Assembly (NCBI GenBank): GCA_002256025.1
Contig: NKIB01000477.1
Coordinates: 1-32,315, forward strand
Length of the DNA: 32,315 nt
Source: Asterionella formosa
Taxonomy: Eukaryota
Direction: 5' to 3'
The position numbers were made by a program, and so were the translations under genes. Below are positions 10,537 to 22,337 of this stretch, piece by piece. Below the pieces are notes generated by a model that saw nothing but the letters and a program-made list of their open reading frames with translations, did no database searches and was not told the DNA's origin. Every line of letters starts with the position of its first letter. Position 1 is the first letter of the stretch.

Positions 10537-12041
10537 TTAGATTGGGACTGGCTCTCTTGTGTTACCCAATCTTGTCAAGTACACAAAAGCATCAGTTCCA
10601 TGACCCTCCATCGACATGATGCTCAAATCACCACCAAAGTAACGACAATAACTGCGTGAAATTGGCAAGCCATAGCCTAGCCCTGCAAGTGGTGAATCAA
10701 TGGCGTGATCTACATTGTCTTGACTTAGTCCAACCATACCTTCTTGCACTGCAGGATCTGCTGTTGTAAAGAGGTAGGACCAGATCTTTTTCATGTTTGA
10801 TCGAGGAATGCCTCCCCCTTCGTCACTAACTTTGATGACAACATCTTCATTATCTTGCCCGTCCGCAATAACAACCTTGACAGGGGGAAAGTCTCCATCA
10901 ACTCCGTGCCAATCAACTGTTGCTCTCATGCTGTTCTTCAGTAATTCCAACATGATGTAGTCTGTGTAAAAACTCAGTGAGTAAGTAGAATGATCGTCCT
11001 GATTGAAGGGAAAAGCAACAGATGTGTTTGCGACATGCAATCACGAGAACTCACGCAAATGTGTCGGAACATATGGAAATGTCTTGTCCAATCCCCCCGT
11101 CAAGATAACTTCAGGGGCATCTCCATACTTTCTCGTACACATGAAACTCGCATCATCAATCGCCCGCTTGACAATCTCGTATGGACTGGTGTGACTGCAA
11201 ATGATCCCCACATAATTCTCCACTGGTGGCTGTCGCAAGGCCAAATACTGTCCAATCAAGACACGAATTCCAATGCGGCAAATGTAGAATCGATCAAGAA
11301 ACTCATGAGTGCTCTCCATTTGCTCGAATTCCACGGCAGTAAGGCCCACTTCATGCTCGACGACCTTTCCTGGAGGCGTGATGGTATGCTTTCGTATGGC
11401 ATCTCTAAATTCAAAGGCTCCTCGTGCCATTTGTACCAAGACTTTCGAGTGCCGTTCGTAGATCGTTTCTACCAGCTTTGCAAAGTCTTCTTCTTGTTGC
11501 TGATTTGTAATCTTTTCAGGGAATTGCACTAGTTCTAGAAAGGATTGTGTGTACAGTTGCTTGACTCCAACGACAGAAGGCATGTCTCGCATGAGAGGAA
11601 CTCGCTCCAAGTCTTGAATCCGATGTGCCAATCGAATCGGTAGTTCTCTTCGGAGAAACCCAGCGACCTATGTGTGAATGCAGGGTTGTTTTAGATTCGA
11701 AAAAAAGGGTCGTTGGCCAACTGCATAATGGTCAGCACTTCACCTACCTGCATGAGCACTTTCTCCGTCGCAACCTTGTTATCGCTATGCACAGCGTCCT
11801 CCTTGTACGTTTTGGTGAGAAACTCTCCTCGACCTGACTGCATCAGCGTTTTCAGCGACACTGATGTTTGCGGTTGAAGTGCGTGCTTGTAGATGATGCG
11901 AGAGGTCTCTTCGCTGACACCCTCGAAAACAGATTCAGCCGGCGATTCGCTCCAGAGAATGGAAGTGCAGTGAAGATATCTGCTTCGCAACAAAGATTGA
12001 GGAGCACGGTTAATTGAGAGTGCTCGTACAAGGCTCATCAT
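10537..12041 (-). CDS. PDK: Mitochondrial pyruvate dehydrogenase kinase (PDK/BCKDK family), paralog A; exons 12041-11748, 11667-11055, 10961-10537 (443 aa)
   Basis: FLRRELPIRLAHRI, FLDRFYICRIGIRVLIGQY, ELLKNSMRAT (N box), SDEGGGIPR (G1), YLFTTA, LAGLGYGLPISR (G2), GHGTDA. Introns 11668-11747 and 10962-11054 are GT-AG and keep frame. The N-terminus is an Arg/Ser-rich presequence. Confidence 0.93.
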
Positions 12042-12645
12042 GGTGGACGAAGCAAGGAAGCAATGGGAACTATCGGTAATCTAGTCATACATGGACTGAT
12101 GTTTTTCCTAAAAACATACACAAGAAAAAATAACTTTGACATGTGAAACCGGTAGTAAACGAATACAAAACAACAGGCAGTGACGCTGCATGTTCTGTTG
12201 AACTGCCTTCAACTCATCTTGCTTCTAAGTATACATAGCGGTGCCAGTTAACTACGGTACGATATACAGGTATTAGATATCCAGATATCTGTATATTCAT
12301 GTATATATAGATCTTTTTATTTGTACATACCGGTATGTAACTATACCCAGACAAACACACCGGTATGTACATACATCACATAAAATCATCGTCATCGAGA
12401 GCGAACAAAGGGTTTTCTGCAAAGAATACTTTTGATTGAGTACGGTTAGCTACACTGAATTCCAGCAATATACGAGGTCCTAGTCCGTATTAGATAACAA
12501 TCATACTGCATGGTATCCGGTGCCTGCTAAATGAAGGCGGGCGTAATGACAAGGACAATGAACAAAATAGAAAAAGAGCTAAATGATCTAGAGTCAAGTA
12601 GGTATTATTGCCCATTCAGGTCACTCAACATGTACTTCAAATAGT

Positions 12646-13839
12646 TTATTCAGAGTTCTTTCCTCTGTAGCGCTTGCACTCATCGACAAGCCAGCCCACA
12701 GCTTCCTCTGGTGTACCTTGCATGACACCGTGGCCCAAGTTCAAGAGATGCTTGCCCGGTCCTCCAGCCTTGTCGATACAGTCCCGAACGGCCTGCTCAA
12801 TTTGGTCCTTGGTTCCGAACAGCACCGATGGGTCCAAATTACCAGAAACAGCAATCTCTGGTCCCAAAATGGCTCGAGCTTGGGCCATATCCACAGACCA
12901 GTCAATGCAGATTGAATCAGCTCCCATATCACGCTGCAGCTCCAAATAGCTAGATCCACCATTGGCAAAGAAAACCACCGGAACATTTGGGTGCTTTTCC
13001 TTAATAATCTTAATTGCCTTTTGGGCAGCAGGCTTGGCAAACTGCTCAAATTGCTTTGGACTCAGTTGATGAGCCCAAGATTCGAATACCTGAATCATTT
13101 GAGCACCACAGTCGATCTGATGACAAGCATATTCTCCAATCATTTGCGCTAAAAGATCCAAAAAGTCTGTCATGCACTTGTTGTCTCCAGTCTCAGCGGC
13201 CATCAAAAGCTTTTTGGTGGCCAAGCAGTCCTTACTAGACTTTCCTTCTATCGTGTATGAAGCCAGGGTGAAAGGAGCTCCGATGAAACCAATCAAGGAT
13301 GTGTTGGCTTCTTCTGCTTCCTTGCTAAGGGTGCCCAATATTTCCCGAATGAAGGGAAGCTTGGCGTCGAAATCAAAATCTCTGCTCAACGCCGCAACAT
13401 CGTCTTCTGTTCTGATTTTGGTCGAAATAACAGGACCTGTCCCTTTGACGACATCAAAGTCAATCCCTAAAACAGGAAGTGGCGTCAAGATATCGCTAAA
13501 CATGATAATCCCATCCATTCCGTATTTTCTGTGACATTGGAGTGACAGTTCCGTGGCCATGGCAGGTGACTCAGACCGCGCTCGGAATGGGTACTTGTCG
13601 GAATATTCTCGAAAGGCTGCCATGTACCGTCCAGCTTGACGCATAAGCCACACGGGCGTTCGTTCGACGAGTTCGCCCCGAGCCGCTCGAATGAGAATAT
13701 CGCGGTCTCCATTGGAAGCTTTGGAAGGCAGCGGCGGAGCTTCCGGGACTACTGCCACAGGTTGGTTCAAACCAGCAAATGCAGATGTGGAGGCCAAGCA
13801 CATCAGGAAAGGTAGAGTAAGCCGCAGAGTGACGAGCAT
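12646..13839 (-). CDS. hemE: Uroporphyrinogen decarboxylase, plastid-targeted (397 aa)
   Basis: PVWLMRQAGRY, FSDIL, GFIGAPFTLASY, QVFESW, GNLDP and LNLGHG motifs. Start at ATG 13839 gives a signal peptide followed by TSA|FAG (ASAFAP-type bipartite targeting). Confidence 0.95.
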   Translation of the reverse strand: MLVTLRLTLPFLMCLASTSAFAGLNQPVAVVPEAPPLPSKASNGDRDILIRAARGELVERTPVWLMRQAGRYMAAFREYSDKYPFRARSESPAMATELSLQCHRKYGMDGIIMFSDILTPLPVLGIDFDVVKGTGPVISTKIRTEDDVAALSRDFDFDAKLPFIREILGTLSKEAEEANTSLIGFIGAPFTLASYTIEGKSSKDCLATKKLLMAAETGDNKCMTDFLDLLAQMIGEYACHQIDCGAQMIQVFESWAHQLSPKQFEQFAKPAAQKAIKIIKEKHPNVPVVFFANGGSSYLELQRDMGADSICIDWSVDMAQARAILGPEIAVSGNLDPSVLFGTKDQIEQAVRDCIDKAGGPGKHLLNLGHGVMQGTPEEAVGWLVDECKRYRGKNSE

Positions 13840-15036
13840 GGTTGTATAAACGTTTGGATGGAAAAGAAGGTGCAGTGCCGACGATGGAACAAAAAGGACA
13901 ATGAAAACTGTAAAAACAGTTGCACCAAAAAAAGGAGAACACATCGCTGGCCTTCCGTCTACCCGTATATATCGTAGTCTACCATCATAACTTAAAAAAC
14001 GCGATGAAGTCGTACTGATGACATTCCTACTAGTGGAGGCAAATCTCGACTTCAACTTGCCCGTCTGCCTGCCAATCAACCTCAGCATGGGTACATAGCG
14101 TAGCATGTCGAGGGTCCCCTTTCTTTATCGGAGCGAAGCCAGACGAGCTCTCATTTTCTTCAAGAATTACACAGATGTCAAAATATATACCGGTATACAT
14201 GTTTGTCTATTGCTTCATTTTCTTCAGTGATCATGTTGTAGTCCATTAGAACTAATCAATAGAACTGAAAATGGTGCAATGGCGGAAGCAACACCATAGT
14301 GAACCATCATTTCGACCACACCGTGCTTGGTACCAGGTACTTTACTATTGATAGCACAAGTGTGTGTTTCATTCCTACTCCAATCATGTGAAAAATTATT
14401 GATCCTGCCTTTCATGTTCATATTCTATGCCACTGCTCCAGTGGATGCTGGTTGTCTTCTGCACTATCATGACAGGATCACAAACAAAAATGTGGATCAT
14501 TCTATCCAAGTAAGGTTACAAACTGCTGTGGATGCCAAGCAGTGGGATGACACACAGTGTGCCACTCAAGGCGCTCTATTGGATGATAACCTAGGACAAG
14601 CAATCATCCACACTACAGAGACTGGCCATAAGGGAATTCTAATTTGTGACCAGTTCCATAAATTTGTCATCATGGATCACATGTTATTGTTGGAGGTTAT
14701 AGCAACTCCAGGTAATGTTGAGAGTCTAATGAGTTGAGGATTCACAAAATGACTTTTAGGATTAAAAGTGGGATCAAAATTATTTGGAGTAGAAGTCTTG
14801 AATTGCATTTGGTAAGATTGAATTTGTCAGAACCGGTTTAGCAAGATTGATAGATTAGAAATGATGGCAATTAGCTAGGTCACAATCTGAGAAACCTTGA
14901 CTTGAGTAAGGTAGTCTTTGGAGCCCTTTAACATGTTGTCGCACCTGCCAAAGTTGTGATAACAACAACCGCATCTTTTCACCCTTTGTGTATGAATGCA
15001 ACTTGATATGCAAAAACACATTCCCTTACAAACAAA

Positions 15037-15145
15037 GTGACATTGGTATCTATAGGTGATGGAGGGTACACAATAACATGTTCTTGTACAAACAAGCAAC
15101 ATGACATTGGTATCTATATAGGTGATGGATGATGAACATGTGGTC
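15037..15145. repeat. Imperfect ~64-bp tandem duplication in CpG-poor repeat-derived DNA
   Basis: TGACATTGGTATCTATA(TA)GGTGATGGA occurs at ~15038 and ~15102. Confidence 0.7.
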
Positions 15146-15219
15146 ATTCGGAAACAGATTAGCCTTTTAGTAGCAGCAAAATACTAAAGTGACATCATAA
15201 CAGTATGGTATAACATGCA

Positions 15220-15789
15220 ATGATCATGGACAAATGGTCAAACAATTTATTTTCCAGTACTACTACTTTGACAAATGTGCAGCAGTGGCAGGTAGACATC
15301 TCTCTCCTTTCCAACTTTGAATTGCTCTCGATGTCAAACAATCCAAATTTGGTTACAACTCCTCTGTCATGGATCAACAAATTCACAACTCAACAATCCC
15401 TCAGTCTTTTCCATTCTCAACTGACTGGAGAATTACCTCCAGAATTGTACCTGCTAATGTCCTTGACTGCCTTGAGAATATATGGCACTCACCTTTTGGG
15501 GACCATCTTGTCACAAATTTCCGACCTGACAAATCTTTTGTGGCTTTGGCTACATCGAAATCGCTTATCAAATGATATTCCCTCTGACCCAGCCTCATTG
15601 ACCAACTTCGAGGGCTTGACACTGTATGGCAACAATTTCACAAATAACATGAATCCTTCAAAAGAGATTTGCAAATTGACGAATTCACATTCACTCCAAA
15701 CATATTTTGTTGACTGTCAACAAACAATCGATGGCGATGGAACGAAGTGCCTATGTCGCACGAAATGCTTCCCAGTCATTTACTTATAA
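15220..15789 (+). pseudogene. 5'-truncated, degenerate leucine-rich repeat protein (plant-type LxxLxLxxNxLxGxIP repeats)
   Basis: LSLFHSQLTGELPPELYLL, LWLHRNRLSNDIPSD and LTLYGNNFT repeats. C-cap EICKL..VDC..KCLCRTKCF. No N-terminal part, degraded consensus, and flanked by CpG-poor DNA. Confidence 0.68.
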
Positions 15790-15858
15790 ATACACTACAT
15801 ATGCATAGGAGAACCCATGAAAATATTCGAGTTATAGTGCTCAACATTCATCCCCTTC

Positions 15859-18266
15859 TTACAAATCGCATTCACTCATGCTGTCAACAGACTCATTGTC
15901 GCTTTCCACAATAGCAACCAGATCCTTCTTTCTTGTAACCCTGGGGGCTGGTCCAGTTGTTGGAAGAGCACCCACTGAAGGTTCAGCTCCATCGTCCACA
16001 GAAATGAAGAAATCTTCGAGACCCTGCGAGTCCAAACGAAGCCCCTTTTCATTGGCCAAATGGAGCAGGCATATAAAATAGAATGGTAAAGTCACATCAT
16101 TTTGCGACTGAGAAGACGACATGTCTCTGACGGTGTCGTTGAAAGACAGTTTCTTGGGTTCCTCTTCATTTGTTTTAGTCTCATTTTCTTCTTCCCCCGT
16201 TTCTTCAACCTTAGGTGGTTCAAAGGTGATTTCCAACTCGGACCACAAATCCTTCTTCAAACGCTTCACATCAACAATCGTGGCCACGGTCGCAAAGCCA
16301 ACTCGAGTCTTTTCAACCTTACGAACTCCTTCCAATTCCTTTACCACAAAATTATCTGCTTCATCGGCCAACGTAAAACCTGGACCATCATCGTCCCCGC
16401 CAAAAGAGTCTCCGTCGTCGAATCCGCCGCCGCCGCCAAAGGTATCCACCGCGTTGTGGAATCCAACTGTTTTGCCGCGACCAGAGACATCGTCAGAAGT
16501 GCGAACAGCATCATTTGGGCGCATGAAAAGCGTCGACAGCTGCTTAATTCCCATACCGGCATCTAGAGGAAGCAAGTTGTAATTTTTAGAATGCTTGGTT
16601 TTCATCATCTTGGACAACTGGGTTGAATCCATTTTCCTGCCCTTACTATTCGCAGCTGGCAGTAGAATATCGTCCAAGCAAATTGGATCCGATAGATTTA
16701 CAAAAACAGGTTCCTTTGACGCCTTCTTCCTTGGTGCCTTGGTTTTCACTGTGGATTGCACGCGCTTTCGTTGCATACGTTCAGTCCTTGTCCAATGCTT
16801 TGAACCCGCCCAAACGTTTCCCTGCGATAACTTCTCCAATGTTGCTTGGCTAAAAAACTCGTAATCATTTCCACTCAGGACGTCACTTGTGCAGAGCGCA
16901 TCCAGCAATGCGGCATTAGTCATCTGCGAACTCATGACTCCAGGCATTGAATCTTCCATGAATGTCTCATTTTGGAAACTGCTGGACGAGTAGCGACCTC
17001 CGTTTTCGTCGGCAGCAATAAATTCAGAGAATCCGTCGTCTTGATCGTCGTCTCCGCCAAAATCGTCAGAAGCGTATTCACCGTCTTCTCCATCGTTACT
17101 TAGCACACCTGTCAAGACCAAAGTACCCTGAGAAGCTCTACTGCGTTCCAAAGCTTCTTGATGTATAGACATTTCAGCATCTTTTTCTTCTTCCATACTA
17201 CTAGCATACCGACGGCTATTTTTAGGGGCAGCATCATCCAAATAACCGTCTTTACTCAACATACGGAGTTCTTCACGAAGAGTGCGAAGCTGAGGAACCA
17301 ATTCAATTTTCTCGAGAGCCATACCACTGAGGATGCTCTCCAACTTGGCATTGAGCGAGGATATGTCAATCATTCCCTCGTCTTGAAAGTAATTTTCGTC
17401 TTGAACCTTTTCTTCCTCGTCGGCTTCCTTTGAATCAAAGACAATATTGCATCCGTGCTGACCAACTCCAAGATTGGCAAGTAAAAGTCCCTTGGCCCCA
17501 CCTTCATCGAATGTCTTTGACATTTTGTGGAAAAGGGGATCAATGTCAAAGGCAGAGTCCAACTTGTTCAAGTTAATGTTAGCTGCGTAGAGGATAATGT
17601 GATAAGTGACGAGTAGCAGGATATAGACACACGCCCGCTCATGTCGATTCAGAAAATGCACTTACCAAGATTCGTCTCGATTGTTTCAGTAACACCTCCC
17701 GAACGGCGCTCCAAAGGAGGAGGTTTCTTGTTCTCCCCGTCTCCGTCGTTTTCATGATCGACTGAAACCTTCGAATTCTTCTTGTTGTCGTCGTTTCTAT
17801 TTAAGTTGGCGAGCACCTTGTAGGACGACAAGTGCACATCGTCGACACGGTAGGAGTAGATCTTGACAGAAGCATCCAATGTGCAGGACGCCTTGGTAAA
17901 GTTGACTCGCTTTTCCTTCTCATTATCCACTGTCTCGTCTTCCTCCAAGAACTTGTCTAGATTCTCAATCAATCGAAGTCCCCATGAATTCTTTGAGTTG
18001 AGCTTATTCTCTGCGTTCAACTGAATGGCCTTCTTGTACATTTCACCCAATTCTTGCTGGGCCGGAGCATGATTGTCCTCTTCTTCTTCCTCATCGTCGT
18101 CTAGATCGAGCCTAGTTCCCGCCAAACGCAAGAAGCGTGCAGACGAACGACGGCGGCGACGCATCATGGCAAGCGACTTGCGCGGGTTGATGATGGGTTC
18201 ATCGTAGTCTAGCTCTTGTTCGTCCAAAATGGTTCCGAATGGACGGCGAAGTTCTGCTTCCGTCAT
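15859..18266 (-). CDS. NCAPH: Condensin I kleisin subunit CAP-H/Cnd2/Brn1; exons 18266-17666, 17582-15859 (774 aa)
   Basis: ENKLNSKNSWGLRLIE, NFTKASCTLDASVKIYSYRVDDVH, DIDPLFHKMSKTFDEGGAKGLLL, VDVKRLKKDLW and FICLLHLANEKGLRL. Intron 17583-17665 (GTAAG..GCAG) joins the two ORFs in frame. Confidence 0.94.
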
Positions 18267-19347
18267 ACTGAGGTTTTACAACAATGAATGGAATTGAGCA
18301 GAACGAAGATTCCGACGGAGCGTTTGCTTCTCGTTCACGATGCTGTGTTTGTCGTCTTGATTCTTTGGGATCAAATCAGAATGAAGAGTAATACCTCTAG
18401 TCTAGTGTCCAGAGCAATGGATGCTTGAAAATATACCGATGGTCTCATACAGTATCTACCACCTGTGTACTGGTAGATGGACTCAATGATGAAATTTATT
18501 TATTATTCTTATTTAGTTTACCGGTACCACCGTGTAAGAATTACCCTCTCATCAATGAAGATCGAGTGTGATAATTCTCGATAGCAGACTGTGTGTATTT
18601 ACGCACATGATATTTATTTGACGGCCGCGCAAAGTTCGGTTTGAATTTCTTACCGTTGCAAATGATTGTTTGCTTTGCTGCCTCCTCGATTGGGATGCAG
18701 AATGAAAGGTATCAGGGAACCTGGTGATACCATGTTGTACCCACCCTACCGGTATATCTATCGGTATTGCTGGGTTAATGTACACATATACACCATATCG
18801 ATCCGATTCTTTCGTCCCTTCTTTTTATTTCTGTACATTTGTACATACTGTACCCATATTGTAAACGTCATCCAATTTTGAAATTGCCAACAAGCCAGCA
18901 AAATGTTCTGCCAACAGGTGGCATACCAGTATGTAGGTAGGAACGACTCCGGTACCTGCTACGAAAGCAATATCAGAGTGGAGTGTTGTCGTTGGTACAT
19001 GTACATGTACCACTGTGCATACATAATAGGAAGGCCCAAGTCTTTCCCCCTTGCTTGTCGCGAGCATATACCGGTAGTACCGGCACCAGTACAGTACTGA
19101 TAGCAGCATAGAGTCTACAATCATATAGCCCGATACGGAGTCTGGTATACTCTGTAGCTGGGAATACCAAGTAAACTCATACCAGGTGGTACCAGGTACC
19201 AGGGTACCAGGTATCATGCATACCACACCATGTGATGGTGTCATCGCTCAGCCATCAATCGCAACGTCAAGAAGCAAGACAAGCAATCCGTCTCGTCACT
19301 GATGTATCAACACGCACTAGTTTCGTAGTGTGCATGTCATCGTCACC

Positions 19348-20763
19348 ATGATGGCAAATACTCTGGCCCATGGGTGTCATCACTTGCTGCAAAAACCATG
19401 GAACTATCGGAGACTTGCAGCTTCAAGAAGAACTTTGGGCTCGCTGGCGTCGGAGAAAACTTCAACGTTGCCTGACCATGTGAATGATCTAATTCTGGTG
19501 AGTGGTTTCCAAAACTGTTGCATCCATGCTGACTTATTACTCTGCACCATGCGATTCCTCTCGAACTACTCAGTACTTTCACGACTTCCTCGCTCACCGC
19601 TGCTTGTCCAGAAGTATTTTAACAAGCGACAAACGTCTGTGTCCCTCGAAACGTTAATGAGGACTGGCCGAGGCGAATTGTTGGACAAGACATTCAAGGA
19701 CGAATCCCTCTCGGGGTCTTTGAGCCTACACCAGGCCACGGATCGCATCCGTATGCAGGTGGCCTCCTTCATTCGCCGCGAAATGCCGATTCGATTGGCG
19801 CATAGAATCCTGGACTTGGATCAGGTACCAATGCTTCGAAATATGCCATCAGTTCTTAAAGTTAAGGACATTTACACACAGTCCTTTCTTGACATGGTCG
19901 ATCAACCGAAGATCCACACGTTGGCGGAGGAAGAAGCATTTGCCAAGACGCTAGAAGCGCTGTATGCAAAACATTCCAACGTTTTGATTCAAATGGCAAG
20001 AGGAGCTTTTGAATTGAGAGAAGCAGTGCGGTTGGGACAGGTGGAGGGTGTTTGCAACGCAGGGGGATCCGTGGCCTTTGAACAAATGGACGAGTGTCAT
20101 GACTTTTTAAATAGATTTTATACCTCTCGCATCGGGATACGTGTCTTGGCCGGTCAATATTTGGCACTAAGGGGAGAGCCCCTACCGCATTATGTGGGAA
20201 TGATATGTTCCAATACTTCCCCTTATGAACTCGTACAACACGCCATTCATGATGCAACCATGATGTGCACCAGAAAATACGGAGATTCACCAGAAGTTCA
20301 AGTTTTGGGACGTTTGGATTTGACCTTTCCGTATATACCCACTCACTTGCATTATGTATTGCTGGAATTACTTAAGAACGCGATGAGAGCTACCATGGAC
20401 AAGCACGAGTTTGCCGATAAGATACCACCAGTTATTGTGATTATTGCAGATGGCACCGACAACGAAGACGTTGTCATCAAAATCGCCGACGAAGGAGGTG
20501 GTATTCCCCGCAGCAATATGAAGAAGATATGGAGCTATCTATTTACGACGGCACACCCGTCCATTCAAGAAAGGTTTGTCGCCGGATCGGATCATGGGAC
20601 GGATTCGCCCTTGGCTGGTTTGGGTTATGGTCTGCCCATCAGTCGATCCTATGTCAGGTACTTTGGCGGAGATGTGGATATTATGTCCATGGAGGGATTC
20701 GGGACGGATGCCTTCATATATCTTCATCGACTTGGTGATTCTCGCGAGCCGCTTCCAATGTAG
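19348..20763 (+). CDS. PDK: Mitochondrial pyruvate dehydrogenase kinase, paralog B; exons 19348-19497, 19612-20763
   Basis: Same PDK motifs (RREMPIRLAHRI, SRIGIRVLAGQY, ELLKNAMRAT, DEGGGIPR, LAGLGYGLPISR). An in-frame 114-bp intron 19498-19611 (GTGAGT..CTCAC..CCAG) is inferred; its removal aligns DLILKYFNKRQTSVSL with RIIYKHALQPQTSVSL of paralog A. Confidence 0.92.
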   Translation: MMANTLAHGCHHLLQKPWNYRRLAASRRTLGSLASEKTSTLPDHVNDLILVSGFQNCCIHADLLLCTMRFLSNYSVLSRLPRSPLLVQKYFNKRQTSVSLETLMRTGRGELLDKTFKDESLSGSLSLHQATDRIRMQVASFIRREMPIRLAHRILDLDQVPMLRNMPSVLKVKDIYTQSFLDMVDQPKIHTLAEEEAFAKTLEALYAKHSNVLIQMARGAFELREAVRLGQVEGVCNAGGSVAFEQMDECHDFLNRFYTSRIGIRVLAGQYLALRGEPLPHYVGMICSNTSPYELVQHAIHDATMMCTRKYGDSPEVQVLGRLDLTFPYIPTHLHYVLLELLKNAMRATMDKHEFADKIPPVIVIIADGTDNEDVVIKIADEGGGIPRSNMKKIWSYLFTTAHPSIQERFVAGSDHGTDSPLAGLGYGLPISRSYVRYFGGDVDIMSMEGFGTDAFIYLHRLGDSREPLPM

Positions 20764-20776
20764 TAAAATTGTATCT

Positions 20777-22078
20777 TTACTCCTCCTTATGCTGTCCTGT
20801 ACTTGATGATTTGGATGGTAGGATTTTGTCACAGATGAGAGAAAAGCATCCAACTACACAAAGGTAGGCAAACACAACCAAGATTGCCTCAAAATTGCTT
20901 GCTTCTAGCGTATTGATCGTCAGATTCGTCAAACCAGTAAGTAGATTGGCCACCACGAAGACCAACAATCCGTGACGGTTCATAGCTTGGAAAATAGGCG
21001 GGACGGTCTCCGTGACAGTCCAGAGCGAGGCAAGAATTAACGTGTTATGGGCCAAAGTCCAGGCGCAAAAACTTGCGTTCGTCGATCGTCGCGACACCGG
21101 AACATTGCAAAATTGAGTCAGAACAGCTAGTAGAGTCCATAATAATCCTGATGCTCCGTAAAGCCATTTGCCCCGACACACGCCCGTTTTAGTCCAGATA
21201 CAGACAGTTCCAATGTGTTCACTCAAGAGAAAGACAACTAGATATCCCACTATACCAACTATGCCTTCCCGGTTCGCTGCTATAAAGTTGCAAGAGAAAG
21301 GGTCCCCTTCCCAGCACTTGCGAGGTGCGGTTTCGATAAACTCTTGGAGCTTATAATTGGATAAGGAAAACTGATACAAGCCCATCAACATGCAGGGAAT
21401 CAACCAACCACTCGGATAAGCAGCCGCTAATGGTTCCATGGCAGCTAGCGTGAAGAAAAAGTTCCAGTGAACGCCATACTCTGATACATGTTCTTGATAC
21501 TCCAGGCCCTTGGTAGTCAGTAGACGAATGAACCCCAAAGTCAGCAATGGGACCATTCGCTTCAGTGATGTAACAACAGCAGGTGGAGCCTTGCCACGAG
21601 ACCGAGGTGATACCAAACCCGCCGCTGCAACGAAAGATCCTGCTCCCAAATCCATGAGCCCGTATCCCTGAGTTTCTGTCTTTGCATACCGCCGTGGAAA
21701 AACTTGAAAGTCCACGGCTAGGATGGCCACAAATGTGAGAACCATAATGGTGGATCGGTAGGCAGAAACAAAGTCGGTCGACGATATTTCTTTCAGTGCA
21801 GCTCTGTGTCTGATCCACCAATTACTGCCAATAATTCCCTCCAGACACAATACTGCCGTACCCCATGGGTACAGAAAGCTTGTTTGGCAAATGGCCATTA
21901 CAAAGAGGAGGCAAAGTGCTTCTATCGTGACTTTTTGCCATTTGGGAATGGATTTGGGAACAGTTTGAAAGAGCAAAACTCCCAAGGGTGCTGACATGCA
22001 TACCAGCAGCACTTCCAAGGGTGTCGTGCCATTGTGGCCGGTCACAAAGGCTTCCTTTTGCTCCTTCAACGTGGCCAT
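20777..22078 (-). CDS. PIGW: GPI inositol acyltransferase GWT1/PIG-W (433 aa)
   Basis: KEQKEAFVTGHNGTT, ILAVDFQVFPRRYAKTETQGYGLMDLGAGSFV, YQEHVSEYGVHWNFFFTLA, ANREGI, VSRRSTN and ANLLTGLTNL motifs; multiple TM segments. Confidence 0.95.
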   Translation of the reverse strand: MATLKEQKEAFVTGHNGTTPLEVLLVCMSAPLGVLLFQTVPKSIPKWQKVTIEALCLLFVMAICQTSFLYPWGTAVLCLEGIIGSNWWIRHRAALKEISSTDFVSAYRSTIMVLTFVAILAVDFQVFPRRYAKTETQGYGLMDLGAGSFVAAAGLVSPRSRGKAPPAVVTSLKRMVPLLTLGFIRLLTTKGLEYQEHVSEYGVHWNFFFTLAAMEPLAAAYPSGWLIPCMLMGLYQFSLSNYKLQEFIETAPRKCWEGDPFSCNFIAANREGIVGIVGYLVVFLLSEHIGTVCIWTKTGVCRGKWLYGASGLLWTLLAVLTQFCNVPVSRRSTNASFCAWTLAHNTLILASLWTVTETVPPIFQAMNRHGLLVFVVANLLTGLTNLTINTLEASNFEAILVVFAYLCVVGCFSLICDKILPSKSSSTGQHKEE

Positions 22079-22337
22079 TGTGAACTTTGGATCACATGAG
22101 GTGAACAAAATAAAGAAACATGTCGTAGATTACTGGGTAGTACGGTACCCATGGTCCCGATGGTACCAGTACCTTGTACCAGGTACGGAGTACCCTTGGA
22201 AGGTCCGGCAAAACACGTTTTATGTTCAAGTAAATAGTAAGCTAAATATCTCAATTATCGGACCTTCCTGGTACTGGTACTCTAATATGCCGAATAATAT
22301 GCACACGTTTTGTAATATGTACAGTGCATACGGTATA

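Noticed and set aside
13840..14106. 89-aa N-terminal extension of HemE in the ORF track
   Set aside because: ATG 13839 gives a typical bipartite plastid presequence, so the upstream frame is likely UTR or promoter.
14224..15147. Possible gene in ORFs 14327-14737 and 14875-15147
   Set aside because: The sequence is CpG-depleted with interrupted frames and no recognisable domain; probably unclassifiable repeat debris.
15878..17433. Antisense ORFs over CAP-H (and similar ones over HemE and the NLR-like gene)
   Set aside because: These are shadow frames of real coding sequences with no independent protein features.
10537..20763. Two-component histidine kinase system
   Set aside because: The GHKL boxes belong to PDK/BCKDK-family Ser kinases; there are no receiver domains.
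86..22078. Metabolic gene cluster (carrier, PDKs, HemE, GWT1)
   Set aside because: The genes belong to unrelated pathways and compartments; this is an ordinary eukaryotic gene neighbourhood.
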